From: a virus
Lineage: Duplodnaviria; Caudoviricetes
Virus record (IMG/VR): IMGVR_UViG_3300044693_000257
Location: 7,820-71,819 of that record
DNA: 64,000 nucleotides
Direction: 5' to 3' (one strand)
Part shown: positions 17,212 to 25,664 of the stretch, piece after piece
Numbering within the stretch: the first letter of the stretch is position 1
How the letters are laid out: every line of letters begins with the position of its first letter
Made by a program: the position numbers and the translations under genes
Notes under the pieces: generated by a model
Seen by the model: the letters and a program-made list of their open reading frames with translations, nothing else
Told to the model about the DNA's origin: nothing
Databases searched by the model: none

Positions 17212-17601
17212 TTAGGCATGGAGTTCGTAGAACTTGAATCCGGCGCGTTTGGCGATCTCCATCTGCGCGGCTTCTTGTGCCTCGCGCTCGGCACGGCAAA
17301 ATTCCATGAACTGGATAGAAAGAAGTCCGCGCGAACGAGCCTCCTCCATACGCGCCCGATAGGCCGCGTATGTCGGGTGCTCCCGAACCTCGCGCTTGGC
17401 AGCCTCGCGGCGAGCGCGCATTGCATCCTTCGCCTCTTTGTTTGCCTGAGAAGCGGTCTTTCCTGTCCACTTCCGCACGCAGACAGAGCCGTAGTGCAGC
17501 ACCTCGCCATCAACGTCCACGGCAAACGTGAACTTGAGATTCGTCTTTCCGCAGCAATCGCATGTGTTCACCGCGTCATCGGTGCCGAGGATCGTTTGCA
17601 T
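17212..17601 (-). CDS. Putative Zn-binding hypothetical protein
   Basis: CDCCGK...HYGSVC motif; GGAG RBS before MQTILG. Confidence 0.65.
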   Translation of the reverse strand: MQTILGTDDAVNTCDCCGKTNLKFTFAVDVDGEVLHYGSVCVRKWTGKTASQANKEAKDAMRARREAAKREVREHPTYAAYRARMEEARSRGLLSIQFMEFCRAEREAQEAAQMEIAKRAGFKFYELHA

Positions 17602-17642
17602 GCTTCTAATCTCCTGATCACAAAACTGTTCAAGATGAGGAG

Positions 17643-17710
17643 ATTCTGCCTGAGTCAGAAGCAGAAGGCAAGCGATTTGTGCACACTGATAACTAGGGAC
17701 AAACCCTAAT
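17643..17710 (-). promoter_or_regulatory. Sigma70-like early promoter with upstream palindrome
   Basis: TTGCCT-17-CAGAAT; shares TGACTCAGGCA and TAGGG-ACAAA-CCCTA with the 16127 promoter. Confidence 0.7.
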
Positions 17711-18005
17711 CGTTGGCCTTGTGCCACGCGGCGAGTTCGTCGGCGGTGATCGGACGGCTCTTGTCGCAAACATCGGTCGTCTCTTCCTCGTCGATGTACG
17801 TGTATATCGGCACCATGCACACGCCGTTTGAGTACAAAGAGCAACCGACTTGGATTGGCACCTGGTATGTTGACAGTTCCTCGTGCGAGGATAGGCAAAC
17901 GCTAGTCGGAGGCTCGCGTGTGCACCCAGCCAAAGACAGAACGATCAAAGCCACCTGCAGTATCAAGATGGCGGACCAGAACATCATTCGAGAGGCGCGG
18001 TTCAC
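17706..18005 (-). CDS. Putative lipoprotein
   Basis: GTGA-coupled start; hydrophobic stretch followed by lipobox LAGC. Confidence 0.6.
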   Translation of the reverse strand: MNRASRMMFWSAILILQVALIVLSLAGCTREPPTSVCLSSHEELSTYQVPIQVGCSLYSNGVCMVPIYTYIDEEETTDVCDKSRPITADELAAWHKAND

Positions 18006-18169
18006 GGAAGCACCCTCCACATGTACAAAAAGAATCCTGCAAACATGAGTAAGAATCCTATGACAGTGCAGAGAAGTATTGGCAAGGCGACCTTCACTCC
18101 AGGCCAATCGCCAATCACGCAAATCAGCAGACACCCAAAGAAGAACATTGTGAAACCGATTGCCGTCAT
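18002..18169 (-). CDS. Small 2-TM membrane protein
   Basis: MTAIGFTMFFFGCLLICVIG...ILLCTVIGFLLMFAGFFLYMW; ATGA overlap with the HNH gene. Confidence 0.6.
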   Translation of the reverse strand: MTAIGFTMFFFGCLLICVIGDWPGVKVALPILLCTVIGFLLMFAGFFLYMWRVLP

Positions 18170-18540
18170 ATTTCCAACTCCATCTGTTGCACAGGCATGT
18201 GCGGCCACTCCCAATTGCCGCGCCTGCTGTTTTCCTTCCAATGGATTACGCGCATGTTCCAGTGGATGTGAAGTCCACTCACGATCTGCACGCCGCCATG
18301 CTTGCCGATCAGCGGCACGATGTGATCTACAACGTGCAATTCGCCCGTCTCGCGCGTTAGCCGTTGCGCCTCCCTGTACAGCGCACGAATCGTCGCGAGG
18401 TTGGCCCACGGCGGTGTCGCTCGACGCTCCTGGTTGCGCCGGACGATACCCTGTTGGCCGTGAGGGCGGGCCAGAGGGCGGTGCTTCCGGATCGGCGCGA
18501 ACAGTGGGCCGTGATCCCAGCCATCCAGGTCCAGCATCAT
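18166..18540 (-). CDS. HNH endonuclease
   Basis: RATPPWAN...HVVDHIVPL...SGLHIHWNMRVIHWKENSRRGN. Confidence 0.8.
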   Translation of the reverse strand: MMLDLDGWDHGPLFAPIRKHRPLARPHGQQGIVRRNQERRATPPWANLATIRALYREAQRLTRETGELHVVDHIVPLIGKHGGVQIVSGLHIHWNMRVIHWKENSRRGNWEWPHMPVQQMELEI

Positions 18541-18794
18541 TCTTCGTCTCTGACAACCTTGCCGTCTTCGCCCACCAACTCCATCGGGCAAGGGTCGTTA
18601 GGAATCTGGCCCGCCCTCGGACAGTCAATGGAGACTTTGGCGAAGTCGATGGACATCATCATGCCGCAACGCTTGCAGCGCCAGAATGGCTCAACGCAAG
18701 ACCCAATCTCGGGCAGGTCAGCGCCACCACGCACCAATGCGTACATCAGCACCATCACAACAATCAAACAGATAACTCCGGTGTACCAATGCAT
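18537..18794 (-). CDS. Membrane-anchored Zn-ribbon-like hypothetical protein
   Basis: N-terminal TM segment, CKRC...C...C. Confidence 0.5.
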   Translation of the reverse strand: MHWYTGVICLIVVMVLMYALVRGGADLPEIGSCVEPFWRCKRCGMMMSIDFAKVSIDCPRAGQIPNDPCPMELVGEDGKVVRDEE

Positions 18795-19132
18795 ATCAGG
18801 CCTCCTTCATTTTCCCAATCCGGATCAATGTAATAATCCGAGTCGCCATATTCACGGCTGGAGCCGTCCGAGCGGTAGTAACAGCGCAGCGAACCGCGCC
18901 GATGCATTGCGCCACTCATATTACCGGCCCAGACGTACCCGGCGCAAGTACACCCCATCAGTCGAGTGTTCCGCCGCATCATCCACCAGTCCACTCTCCA
19001 GTCCTTCGCACCGCATTCGCACTTTGGAAGATAGCGGACGGCGTATTGCTCAGGGTGGCGTCGCAGCACGCGTCGCTTATCGCACTTGCGACATCGAACG
19101 TGGTGACGCCTCTGGAGGTATTGACCGAGCAT
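18764..19132 (-). CDS. Cys-rich Zn-finger-like protein
   Basis: CRKC, CECG, CTC..H..C motifs; TAATG coupling. Confidence 0.6.
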   Translation of the reverse strand: MLGQYLQRRHHVRCRKCDKRRVLRRHPEQYAVRYLPKCECGAKDWRVDWWMMRRNTRLMGCTCAGYVWAGNMSGAMHRRGSLRCYYRSDGSSREYGDSDYYIDPDWENEGGLICIGTPELSV

Positions 19133-19308
19133 TACACATATTCGTCAATGCCGTGCGGAACCTTCCTGACAGGAGGGTGGCCGTGCAATTCACGGTACGT
19201 CTCGATGGCCGCTCGTTTCGCGCGAGCAATGCCGACGTCAACGCCGATGATGTAGCCGACAGCGGCTGAGCACAGAATGATGACAATCACGATCAATGAC
19301 AGATTCAC
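19132..19308 (-). CDS. Small single-TM protein (not in the ORF track)
   Basis: AAGGAG RBS, GTG start, MNLSLIVIVIILCSAAVGYIIG...; 58 aa. Confidence 0.55.
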   Translation of the reverse strand: MNLSLIVIVIILCSAAVGYIIGVDVGIARAKRAAIETYRELHGHPPVRKVPHGIDEYV

Positions 19309-19486
19309 TTTCTTCTCCTTTCTAGGTCAGGTCTGCGCACGAACTCTACTTCGTTTGGGTGTACGAACGATGCACACAGAGTGCGCTTGTTGATCATGAA
19401 GATGAGCGATAGATGTGGAAACACGCAGAGGACTTCACAAGGGGCCTCTGCGTGTTTGACAATGTCTCCGGCCCGAAGTTGCACGG

Positions 19487-19933
19487 CTAGAATGGAATCT
19501 CACGCTCATCAGCTGCAATGACACTGCCATTGAGCAGCTTGAAGAGGAAGATGGACGAACCGACGCGCGCAGACACTTCATTGAACTTCTCGGTGACCGC
19601 TTCGCCCAGATCGAACCGGAATTGATACGCCATCAAATCCATGTACGTGATGACGTCCGCAAACTCCTTCTTCAACTTGGCGCGCGCTTCATCCAGCTGC
19701 GAACCGTCCGCGAAATCACCGCGCTTGATCTTCTTCATCAAGTTTGCGGCCTCGCCCAATTCGCCGACGACCGCCAGCATCCAATCAGCTGGCGACCAAT
19801 CAGACCCGTCCGCCATAGCATGCGCAGGCTCGCCCTGGGCATTCTTGAATTGCGGAAGTCGCATTGTGTTCGCCAAACGAAGCTGTGCAAACGTCAGTCG
19901 GTTTGCGGTGTGTGCCGGTTTCAGTTCGTACAT
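19487..19933 (-). CDS. MazG-like nucleotide pyrophosphohydrolase
   Basis: WMLAVVGELGEAANLMKKIKRG...EFADVITY. Confidence 0.85.
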   Translation of the reverse strand: MYELKPAHTANRLTFAQLRLANTMRLPQFKNAQGEPAHAMADGSDWSPADWMLAVVGELGEAANLMKKIKRGDFADGSQLDEARAKLKKEFADVITYMDLMAYQFRFDLGEAVTEKFNEVSARVGSSIFLFKLLNGSVIAADEREIPF

Positions 19934-19958
19934 TCTTCACTCCTTGGTTGTGGATCGC

Positions 19959-20183
19959 TCATTTCACCCAATGCCTCCAGAAGCTACGGAACCAGATTGC
20001 GCCGTACACAAAACATAACGCAAACATTCCGTATTGGTGATGTTTAAATGTCGTAATCATCCACAGCGGCTGCACGAGCATTCCGAAGAAGCACGCAAAC
20101 CGCTGGTAAACCGGATGAAGGCTCAAGTATGTCGCTGCAAGCGACATTGACGCGATCATCGCCTGTCCGATCCATTCGATCAT
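19959..20183 (-). CDS. Small multi-TM membrane protein (PnuC-fragment-like)
   Basis: Three hydrophobic segments with FFGMLVQPLWMI and a W-rich C-terminus. Confidence 0.55.
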   Translation of the reverse strand: MIEWIGQAMIASMSLAATYLSLHPVYQRFACFFGMLVQPLWMITTFKHHQYGMFALCFVYGAIWFRSFWRHWVK

Positions 20184-20494
20184 ACGCCGGTGGCTCTTGC
20201 GTTTGCGTAAGGACTATTGACGACAGGACCGTCCCATATGATAGGTGGCCAATTGCGACCAACCCAGCTGCGCGAGTCGATTATGCCGCGTCTGCGTTGC
20301 GCAGATCGCTCATGGTACTTCTCCATGCGCGATCCTCCGCGCGCCATACGGTCGTGCAGCACAACCCAATCGGCCGTCTGGCGAAGGGCATAGGAACGCG
20401 TGAACGGCGTGCGCGCATCGCGGTAAAGGTCGCGGTATGCGTCGATGGCGCGTCCAGCCGCCTGCAGAAGGTCGATCAGCGTGATAGGAATCAT
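20180..20494 (-). CDS. Hypothetical protein
   Basis: ATGA overlaps at both ends. Confidence 0.55.
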   Translation of the reverse strand: MIPITLIDLLQAAGRAIDAYRDLYRDARTPFTRSYALRQTADWVVLHDRMARGGSRMEKYHERSAQRRRGIIDSRSWVGRNWPPIIWDGPVVNSPYANARATGV

Positions 20495-20733
20495 GGAAGA
20501 TCAACCTTGCTCCAAGGAGTGCAAAACTCCTCTTCCTGCTTCCAAGATGCCCACTCAGAATCGATCCGCTGGAATTCCTGGATATTATGGAGTCGCAGGA
20601 AATGCATAGATTCTGACACTGCACTTAGTCTGTCCCAAGCGCGAATGTAAATTGTTGCGACAGGGTTGGTGTGGTGTGAGCGTTCATACACTGACACCTG
20701 CCACATACGCAGTTTATCTCGAAGTCCTGGCAT
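20491..20733 (-). CDS. Hypothetical protein
   Basis: GAGG RBS; coupled to the next ORF. Confidence 0.55.
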   Translation of the reverse strand: MPGLRDKLRMWQVSVYERSHHTNPVATIYIRAWDRLSAVSESMHFLRLHNIQEFQRIDSEWASWKQEEEFCTPWSKVDLP

Positions 20734-20737
20734 GGCC

Positions 20738-20959
20738 TCAGTCCTGAACGTGTTGGCGGCGAGGAGTTGGTGCGTGCTCCAGACGGGATACTTCCAACTC
20801 CAACGCCTTTATGTACTCCACGGCGTATGCCAGCACTTCGCGCTCGCTTGCGCTCACGCCTTGAGAATCGCGCAAATCCATCAGGCTGACGGCGATATGT
20901 ACGCGACGATTCAGGCGGCGATTGTGGAACTTGGCCCAGAGGTTGAAATCGAACGCCAT
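20738..20959 (-). CDS. Hypothetical protein
   Basis: Start at MAFDFNLW; co-oriented with neighbours. Confidence 0.55.
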   Translation of the reverse strand: MAFDFNLWAKFHNRRLNRRVHIAVSLMDLRDSQGVSASEREVLAYAVEYIKALELEVSRLEHAPTPRRQHVQD

Positions 20960-20963
20960 GACG

Positions 20964-21266
20964 TCACTCGTCTTTTGAAGGAAGAGGAGGAATGCGCACA
21001 TGGTTGCGCATTGAACAGTTGGTGAAGTCCTCGTCGATTGCATACGGGCAATCGGTCGGATCAGACACCGCACCGGATTGATATGCAACCAGTTCGCGCT
21101 CGATCACATCAATTGGGTTATCATTGCCGGTGAGTGGCCCTAGCCCTCGCGTAACGGTCAACTCAAGAACCATGTACTGAGGACCGTTTAGCGCGTTGAT
21201 GATTTGCGCGAGCGCGGCGGAAGACACCAGGACTTTGTCTGGTAAAGGACGTTTGGTGCTGTTCAT
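20964..21266 (-). CDS. Hypothetical protein
   Basis: GGGAG RBS before MNSTKRP. Confidence 0.6.
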   Translation of the reverse strand: MNSTKRPLPDKVLVSSAALAQIINALNGPQYMVLELTVTRGLGPLTGNDNPIDVIERELVAYQSGAVSDPTDCPYAIDEDFTNCSMRNHVRIPPLPSKDE

Positions 21267-21378
21267 GCGACACTCCCATTGATGCGGGCAAAAGAAGGGT
21301 GGCAAAGAGCCACCCGAAAGTACAGCCAAGAAAGGTATAGCCAGAATCTGTTGTAAGTGCGGTTTGTGTTTTCTTCGT

Positions 21379-21684
21379 TCACACCAAGCCGCCTGCCTTG
21401 ATGATGTCGTCCTCGCTGCGCACAACGCCTTCCGAATCAATCCAAGCAATCTCGCCTTCCTTCTCAACGGACACTGCGCACTTCTTGTGCTTGGCGCTGG
21501 CGACAACAGACCGAGCCGTCCAGCCTTGCTCGCCAGCCACCTTCAGCGCGACAGCCTGCGCCTCTGTCATGTAACGGGGCGCAGCAGCGCGGATTTTCTT
21601 CTGCCCTGGAGTCGGCTTCGACTTCTTCGACGTGGGAACGGATACGGCACGCAGGGCTTGCTTTGCAGTTGTTTGAGCGATCAT
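21379..21684 (-). CDS. Basic (Lys/Ala-rich) hypothetical protein
   Basis: GGAGG RBS before MIAQTTAK. Confidence 0.65.
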   Translation of the reverse strand: MIAQTTAKQALRAVSVPTSKKSKPTPGQKKIRAAAPRYMTEAQAVALKVAGEQGWTARSVVASAKHKKCAVSVEKEGEIAWIDSEGVVRSEDDIIKAGGLV

Positions 21685-21818
21685 GATAACCTCCGAAGGT
21701 AAGATCAAATTGGTTGACTGCACCTATAGTATAAGTCAGACCGCTCGAACACTCATAGCAAAAGGGGACGGTTTAGTGCTGAACCGCACGTAAGGATTTC
21801 GGAAGTAGGTGTCAGAAT

Positions 21819-21941
21819 TTACGTACCGATGATCAAGCCAGAGAACTCACGCAAAAGACGCTCAACGAGCGATCCGCGCCAGCCACGTTCATCGCGCGGC
21901 AGTCTTGAGAGATAGACGAGGGATTGGGCAGCTTTGGACAT
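21819..21941 (-). CDS. 40-aa early peptide (not in the ORF track)
   Basis: AAGGAG RBS, MSKAAQSLVYLSRLPRDERGWRGSLVERLLREFSGLIIGT, directly after a promoter. Confidence 0.5.
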   Translation of the reverse strand: MSKAAQSLVYLSRLPRDERGWRGSLVERLLREFSGLIIGT

Positions 21942-21987
21942 TTCGGTCTCCTTGCATGTTGCGTCACCTTCCTGCGGCGCTGACTCT

Positions 21988-22015
21988 ATTGTAGAATCGT
22001 AATATGGAAAGGCAA
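21988..22015 (-). promoter_or_regulatory. Sigma70-like promoter
   Basis: TTGCCT-16-TACAAT on the minus strand. Confidence 0.55.
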
Positions 22016-22060
22016 CGACAACAATGAGGTCCGAATCCTGGTCAGTGTCCGAGAACAGAC

Positions 22061-22084
22061 AAAAAGAAGCCCACCGAAGTGGGC
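22061..22084 (-). terminator. Rho-independent terminator
   Basis: GCCCAC-loop-GTGGGC followed by TTCTTTTT on the minus strand. Confidence 0.75.
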
Positions 22085-22112
22085 CAAGAGGAGCCTAGCG
22101 GAGCAACGAGAA

Positions 22113-22478
22113 TCAATAGATGGTTGTCTGATCAGGGAAGCAATCCAACTTCCAATTCAGATCGCGAGCGCGCTGCATGGCGCAGTGCAACGAACGGTTC
22201 AAATCTTCAACGGCCTGGTTCGTATTCGGCAGATAGTGCCGCACCTCAAGCACCTTCAATAGCGTGTCGACGTCACGCCAAGACAGCGTCTCATCGATGG
22301 TTTGTGCGTCAGGGTCCAACTCGAAATGCACCTGGAAGCCGTACAGAAACCCACCAGGACAGCCTGTGCGCCGACAGGCTGCATCGTAGTGCACCTTGGC
22401 AATCCCAATCAGTCTATCGACCAGTGAGCGGGTCAGCCGAACCGTAAATGTCGGCTTCCCATGGATGGTAACCTTCAT
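22113..22478 (-). CDS. Hypothetical protein
   Basis: ATGA-coupled ORF followed by a terminator. Confidence 0.6.
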   Translation of the reverse strand: MKVTIHGKPTFTVRLTRSLVDRLIGIAKVHYDAACRRTGCPGGFLYGFQVHFELDPDAQTIDETLSWRDVDTLLKVLEVRHYLPNTNQAVEDLNRSLHCAMQRARDLNWKLDCFPDQTTIY

Positions 22479-22909
22479 GCCACCCTGTCCTTTTCGGGGA
22501 AGAAGCCGTTGAGGGTTTGGACAAAGCGCAGGTGTTGATTGGCCTTGGCTCGGTATGAGTCGGCGACGCGTTCGAAGTCGCAGCGCTCGATGCTCTTGAA
22601 CAGCCTGCCGTCAGACTTCTTTTGCATTTCGATTGCGCGCGCCGTGTAGTCCATGTACTGGGCATAGTGCCAAGTTCGAAGGTCGCGCAGCTTATCGAGA
22701 TTGCCGAGCAGCAGCGGGTTTTCAGCCTCGCGGTTCCCGGTCGGATACAGAGCCGCGTTGATGTCGTCTGCGAACGGAAGGGCGCGGATTACTTCCTGCG
22801 CTTCTTTGACGGCAGCGGCTGAGTCATGGTGGCGATGGCCAGCCAGGAAGCCGCAGGCGGCATTGAGACGGGCCATCAGGGTTATGCGGGTTGCTTCTGG
22901 CGATTTCAT
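22475..22909 (-). CDS. Hypothetical protein
   Basis: 144-aa co-oriented ORF. Confidence 0.6.
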   Translation of the reverse strand: MKSPEATRITLMARLNAACGFLAGHRHHDSAAAVKEAQEVIRALPFADDINAALYPTGNREAENPLLLGNLDKLRDLRTWHYAQYMDYTARAIEMQKKSDGRLFKSIERCDFERVADSYRAKANQHLRFVQTLNGFFPEKDRVA

Positions 22910-22982
22910 CTGGAGCCTGGCTTATCGTGGTTCTACTATGAGGCAATTGTAGGACGGAGCCGTGGCCCCGTCCCTTCACACG

Positions 22983-23708
22983 TCACTCGGCTTCGATTTC
23001 GACGATGCTGAAGACGTAGTGCTTGTTGTTGTGCTCGAAGGTTGCCGATTCACCGTTCTCGCGGTGGGCTTCCTTCAGCTTCAGTCGGAAGCGGATGTGC
23101 TTGTTGTCCGGCAGACGCAGAGCGCGGAAGGCTTCGCGGGTGGACTTGTAGATTCCGACCGATTTGCCATCCAGCTTGACTTCGACGCCATCGCGCTTCA
23201 GGCGGGCCTCACGGACTTCATTGTCAGCCCAGCTTGCCGCAACGCCATCCGAGTTGGATGCCTTCGAGGATGACGAGCGCGAGGCAACTGGCTTGACACC
23301 ATCTTCAGCGGCCTTCTGGACTGCGGCCTGGACCCCTTGGACCAGCTGGTTGAATGCGCTGGCCCCGTTCGCGGCTGCGGCTGCGGCCCGCGCCCGGTCC
23401 TCCTCGGTTTCTTCCTCTTCCTGTGTGTCCAATTCGCCGTTTGCCGCGCCGTCCACACCTTCGGGCGTCGGCGCTTCGCCAGCCGCTTCCGGCTTCGCGT
23501 TCGGATCGGGGATGTGGCCTTCAGGGATTTCCTCGGTCGGGAAGTGCGCCGCCAACTTCTCAACCAGGTTGAAGACGCGCTTTTCTGCCGTTGCGCGGTC
23601 AGCAAACTTCTTGATTGCGCTGCTATCGGGATCGACTCGGGAGATATTGGCGTTGTAGAACGCGACGAGGTCAGCGGTTTTGGCTTCGGTGATCTTGATC
23701 GTTTGCAT
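22983..23708 (-). CDS. Early hypothetical protein with acidic/Ala-rich linker
   Basis: AAGGAG RBS before MQTIKITE; first gene after the promoter at 23769. Confidence 0.7.
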   Translation of the reverse strand: MQTIKITEAKTADLVAFYNANISRVDPDSSAIKKFADRATAEKRVFNLVEKLAAHFPTEEIPEGHIPDPNAKPEAAGEAPTPEGVDGAANGELDTQEEEETEEDRARAAAAAANGASAFNQLVQGVQAAVQKAAEDGVKPVASRSSSSKASNSDGVAASWADNEVREARLKRDGVEVKLDGKSVGIYKSTREAFRALRLPDNKHIRFRLKLKEAHRENGESATFEHNNKHYVFSIVEIEAE

Positions 23709-23768
23709 TTTAGGCTCCTTTCTAGGTCTTTCTGGGTTCCGCGCTTCATCGTTCAGCGCATGATTCGT

Positions 23769-23797
23769 ATTCTGAAGCACTTCACGCCAGTGGTCAA
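23769..23797 (-). promoter_or_regulatory. Sigma70-like promoter, divergent from terL
   Basis: TTGACC-17-CAGAAT on the minus strand. Confidence 0.65.
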
Positions 23798-23910
23798 CAA
23801 CTTTTTCACTTGACGCATGAAAAAGTTTTCAATCGCTTCCAGAATTCTGATAGTACCCACCCGGAGGCGAACAGCTAGAATAGGCCTGAACCATCATCGG
23901 AGCCGTACAC

Positions 23911-25533
23911 ATGGGCTTGCCTCTGCCTGTCTCGTCCTCCAGCCGGTCAATCGATCTGGACTGGGCGCATGCGACCGTCGATAACGTCCTGTACACAGCA
24001 GCGCTGAAATATCAGGCGGACTTAGTGTTGCTCGCATCCGGGCGTGGCAGGCTGAATCCGGACACCTTGGATGTCGAAGAGGTTCTGCTGGAGGAGGAAA
24101 GGGAACTCCACAAGCACGTTGATATGTACGCGCTTAATCCGGTGCTCAGATCGTTCTGGGAAGCGCGGGCGCGATACAAGGTGCTGTACGGCGGGCGCGG
24201 CTCCTCAAAGTCACACGATGCCGCTGGACACGCCGTGTTCCTCGCCGCAAACTTCACGGTCAAGTTCCTTTGTGCACGGCAGTTTCAGAACCGCATCAGC
24301 GAGTCCGTTTACACTCTGATCAAAGACAAGATAAACGCAAGCCCGTACCGCAACGAATTCGAAATTCTGAAGACTTCAATAAGACACAAGCGCACCGGCT
24401 CTGAGTTTCTGTTTTACGGTATTGCTCGCAACCTTGAGGAAATCAAGTCAACAGAAGGTGTGGACATCCTTTGGCTTGAGGAGGCGCACTATCTCAACCA
24501 AGAGCAATGGGAAGTCATCGAGCCGACCATACGTAAGGAAGGGTCACAAATCTGGTTGATTTTCAACCCAGACGAGTACACCGACTTCATCTATCAGAAC
24601 TTCGTCGTCAATCCGCCGCGAGACACCATCGTGCGCGAGATCAACTGGCAGGAAAATCCTTTCTTGTCAAAGACGATGTTGAAGGTCATTTATGACTATT
24701 ACAAGCGCGAGCCAGAAAGCGCCTTGCACGTCTATGGCGGTCAACCTAAGATGGGCGCAGACAAGTCAGTCATCCCGCTCAAGTACATCATCGCCGCGAT
24801 TGATGCGCACAAACCCAAGCCGATGTCCAGCAGGCCTCTCGGATCGAAGAAGTGGGACGGGTGGACGCCGAGCGGACAGAAAACAGTCGGTTTCGACGTG
24901 GCGGATGACGGAAGAGACCTGTGCGCCACAGTGCTTGCATACGGAAACGTCATTCAAGGCGCGGAAGAATGGCGCGGCCTGGAGGATGAGTTGTTGAAGT
25001 CTTGTACAAGGGCGTGGAACACCGCCTTTACGGCGGGCGCGGCCCTAATCTGGGACTCTATCGGCGTCGGGGCGCACGCAGGGGCGAAGTTCAAGGAATT
25101 GAACGAGGAGCGCAAACAGAACATTCGTTATGAACCGTTTAATGCAGGCGGTTCCGTGGACGATCCGGATGGCGTGTACATGCGATTCCCTCACGTGGAC
25201 ATTAAGAACCGCGATCACTTCTCGAACATTAAGGCGCAGAAGTGGGATGAGGTGGCCACTAGATTCCGGAAGACGTATGAAGTGATAGTCCTCGGCGCAA
25301 ACCATCCGATTGACGAACTGATCAGCCTGGACTCAGAATCACTCGGACAGGCAATGCTGAACAAGATTCAGATGGAGTTGGCCGCGCCCCACAAAGACGT
25401 GGACCGTATGGGAAAATTCAAGGTAGAGTCGAAAGAGGACTTGCTGGAGCGCGGCATCAAGTCCCCTAACGTTGCTGATGCACTGATTATGTCGATGATT
25501 CGTCCGAAGCGCTCTTATGCGACGTTCTTTTGA
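23911..25533 (+). CDS. terL: Terminase large subunit (PBSX family)
   Basis: YKVLYGGRGSSKSH (Walker A), LWLEEAH (Walker B), IFNP, GFDVAD..RD, IWDSIGVG, SPNVADAL (RNase H-like nuclease). Confidence 0.95.
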   Translation: MGLPLPVSSSSRSIDLDWAHATVDNVLYTAALKYQADLVLLASGRGRLNPDTLDVEEVLLEEERELHKHVDMYALNPVLRSFWEARARYKVLYGGRGSSKSHDAAGHAVFLAANFTVKFLCARQFQNRISESVYTLIKDKINASPYRNEFEILKTSIRHKRTGSEFLFYGIARNLEEIKSTEGVDILWLEEAHYLNQEQWEVIEPTIRKEGSQIWLIFNPDEYTDFIYQNFVVNPPRDTIVREINWQENPFLSKTMLKVIYDYYKREPESALHVYGGQPKMGADKSVIPLKYIIAAIDAHKPKPMSSRPLGSKKWDGWTPSGQKTVGFDVADDGRDLCATVLAYGNVIQGAEEWRGLEDELLKSCTRAWNTAFTAGAALIWDSIGVGAHAGAKFKELNEERKQNIRYEPFNAGGSVDDPDGVYMRFPHVDIKNRDHFSNIKAQKWDEVATRFRKTYEVIVLGANHPIDELISLDSESLGQAMLNKIQMELAAPHKDVDRMGKFKVESKEDLLERGIKSPNVADALIMSMIRPKRSYATFF

Positions 25534-25657
25534 CGTCTCCGAGTTCTACTACTTTTACATCAACATTCAGCGTACCATCGGAATCGGTTTTGAGTTTGAC
25601 GTATGCGCCGATTCCGAGTTCGGTGTTCTCGGTGAAGTCAATATCGTTTGCTTGCAT
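25487..25657 (-). CDS. Possible small hypothetical protein
   Basis: MQANDIDF...; overlaps the terL 3' end; weak RBS. Confidence 0.3.
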   Translation of the reverse strand: MQANDIDFTENTELGIGAYVKLKTDSDGTLNVDVKVVELGDVKRTSHKSASDESST

Positions 25658-25664
25658 GGGAAGG

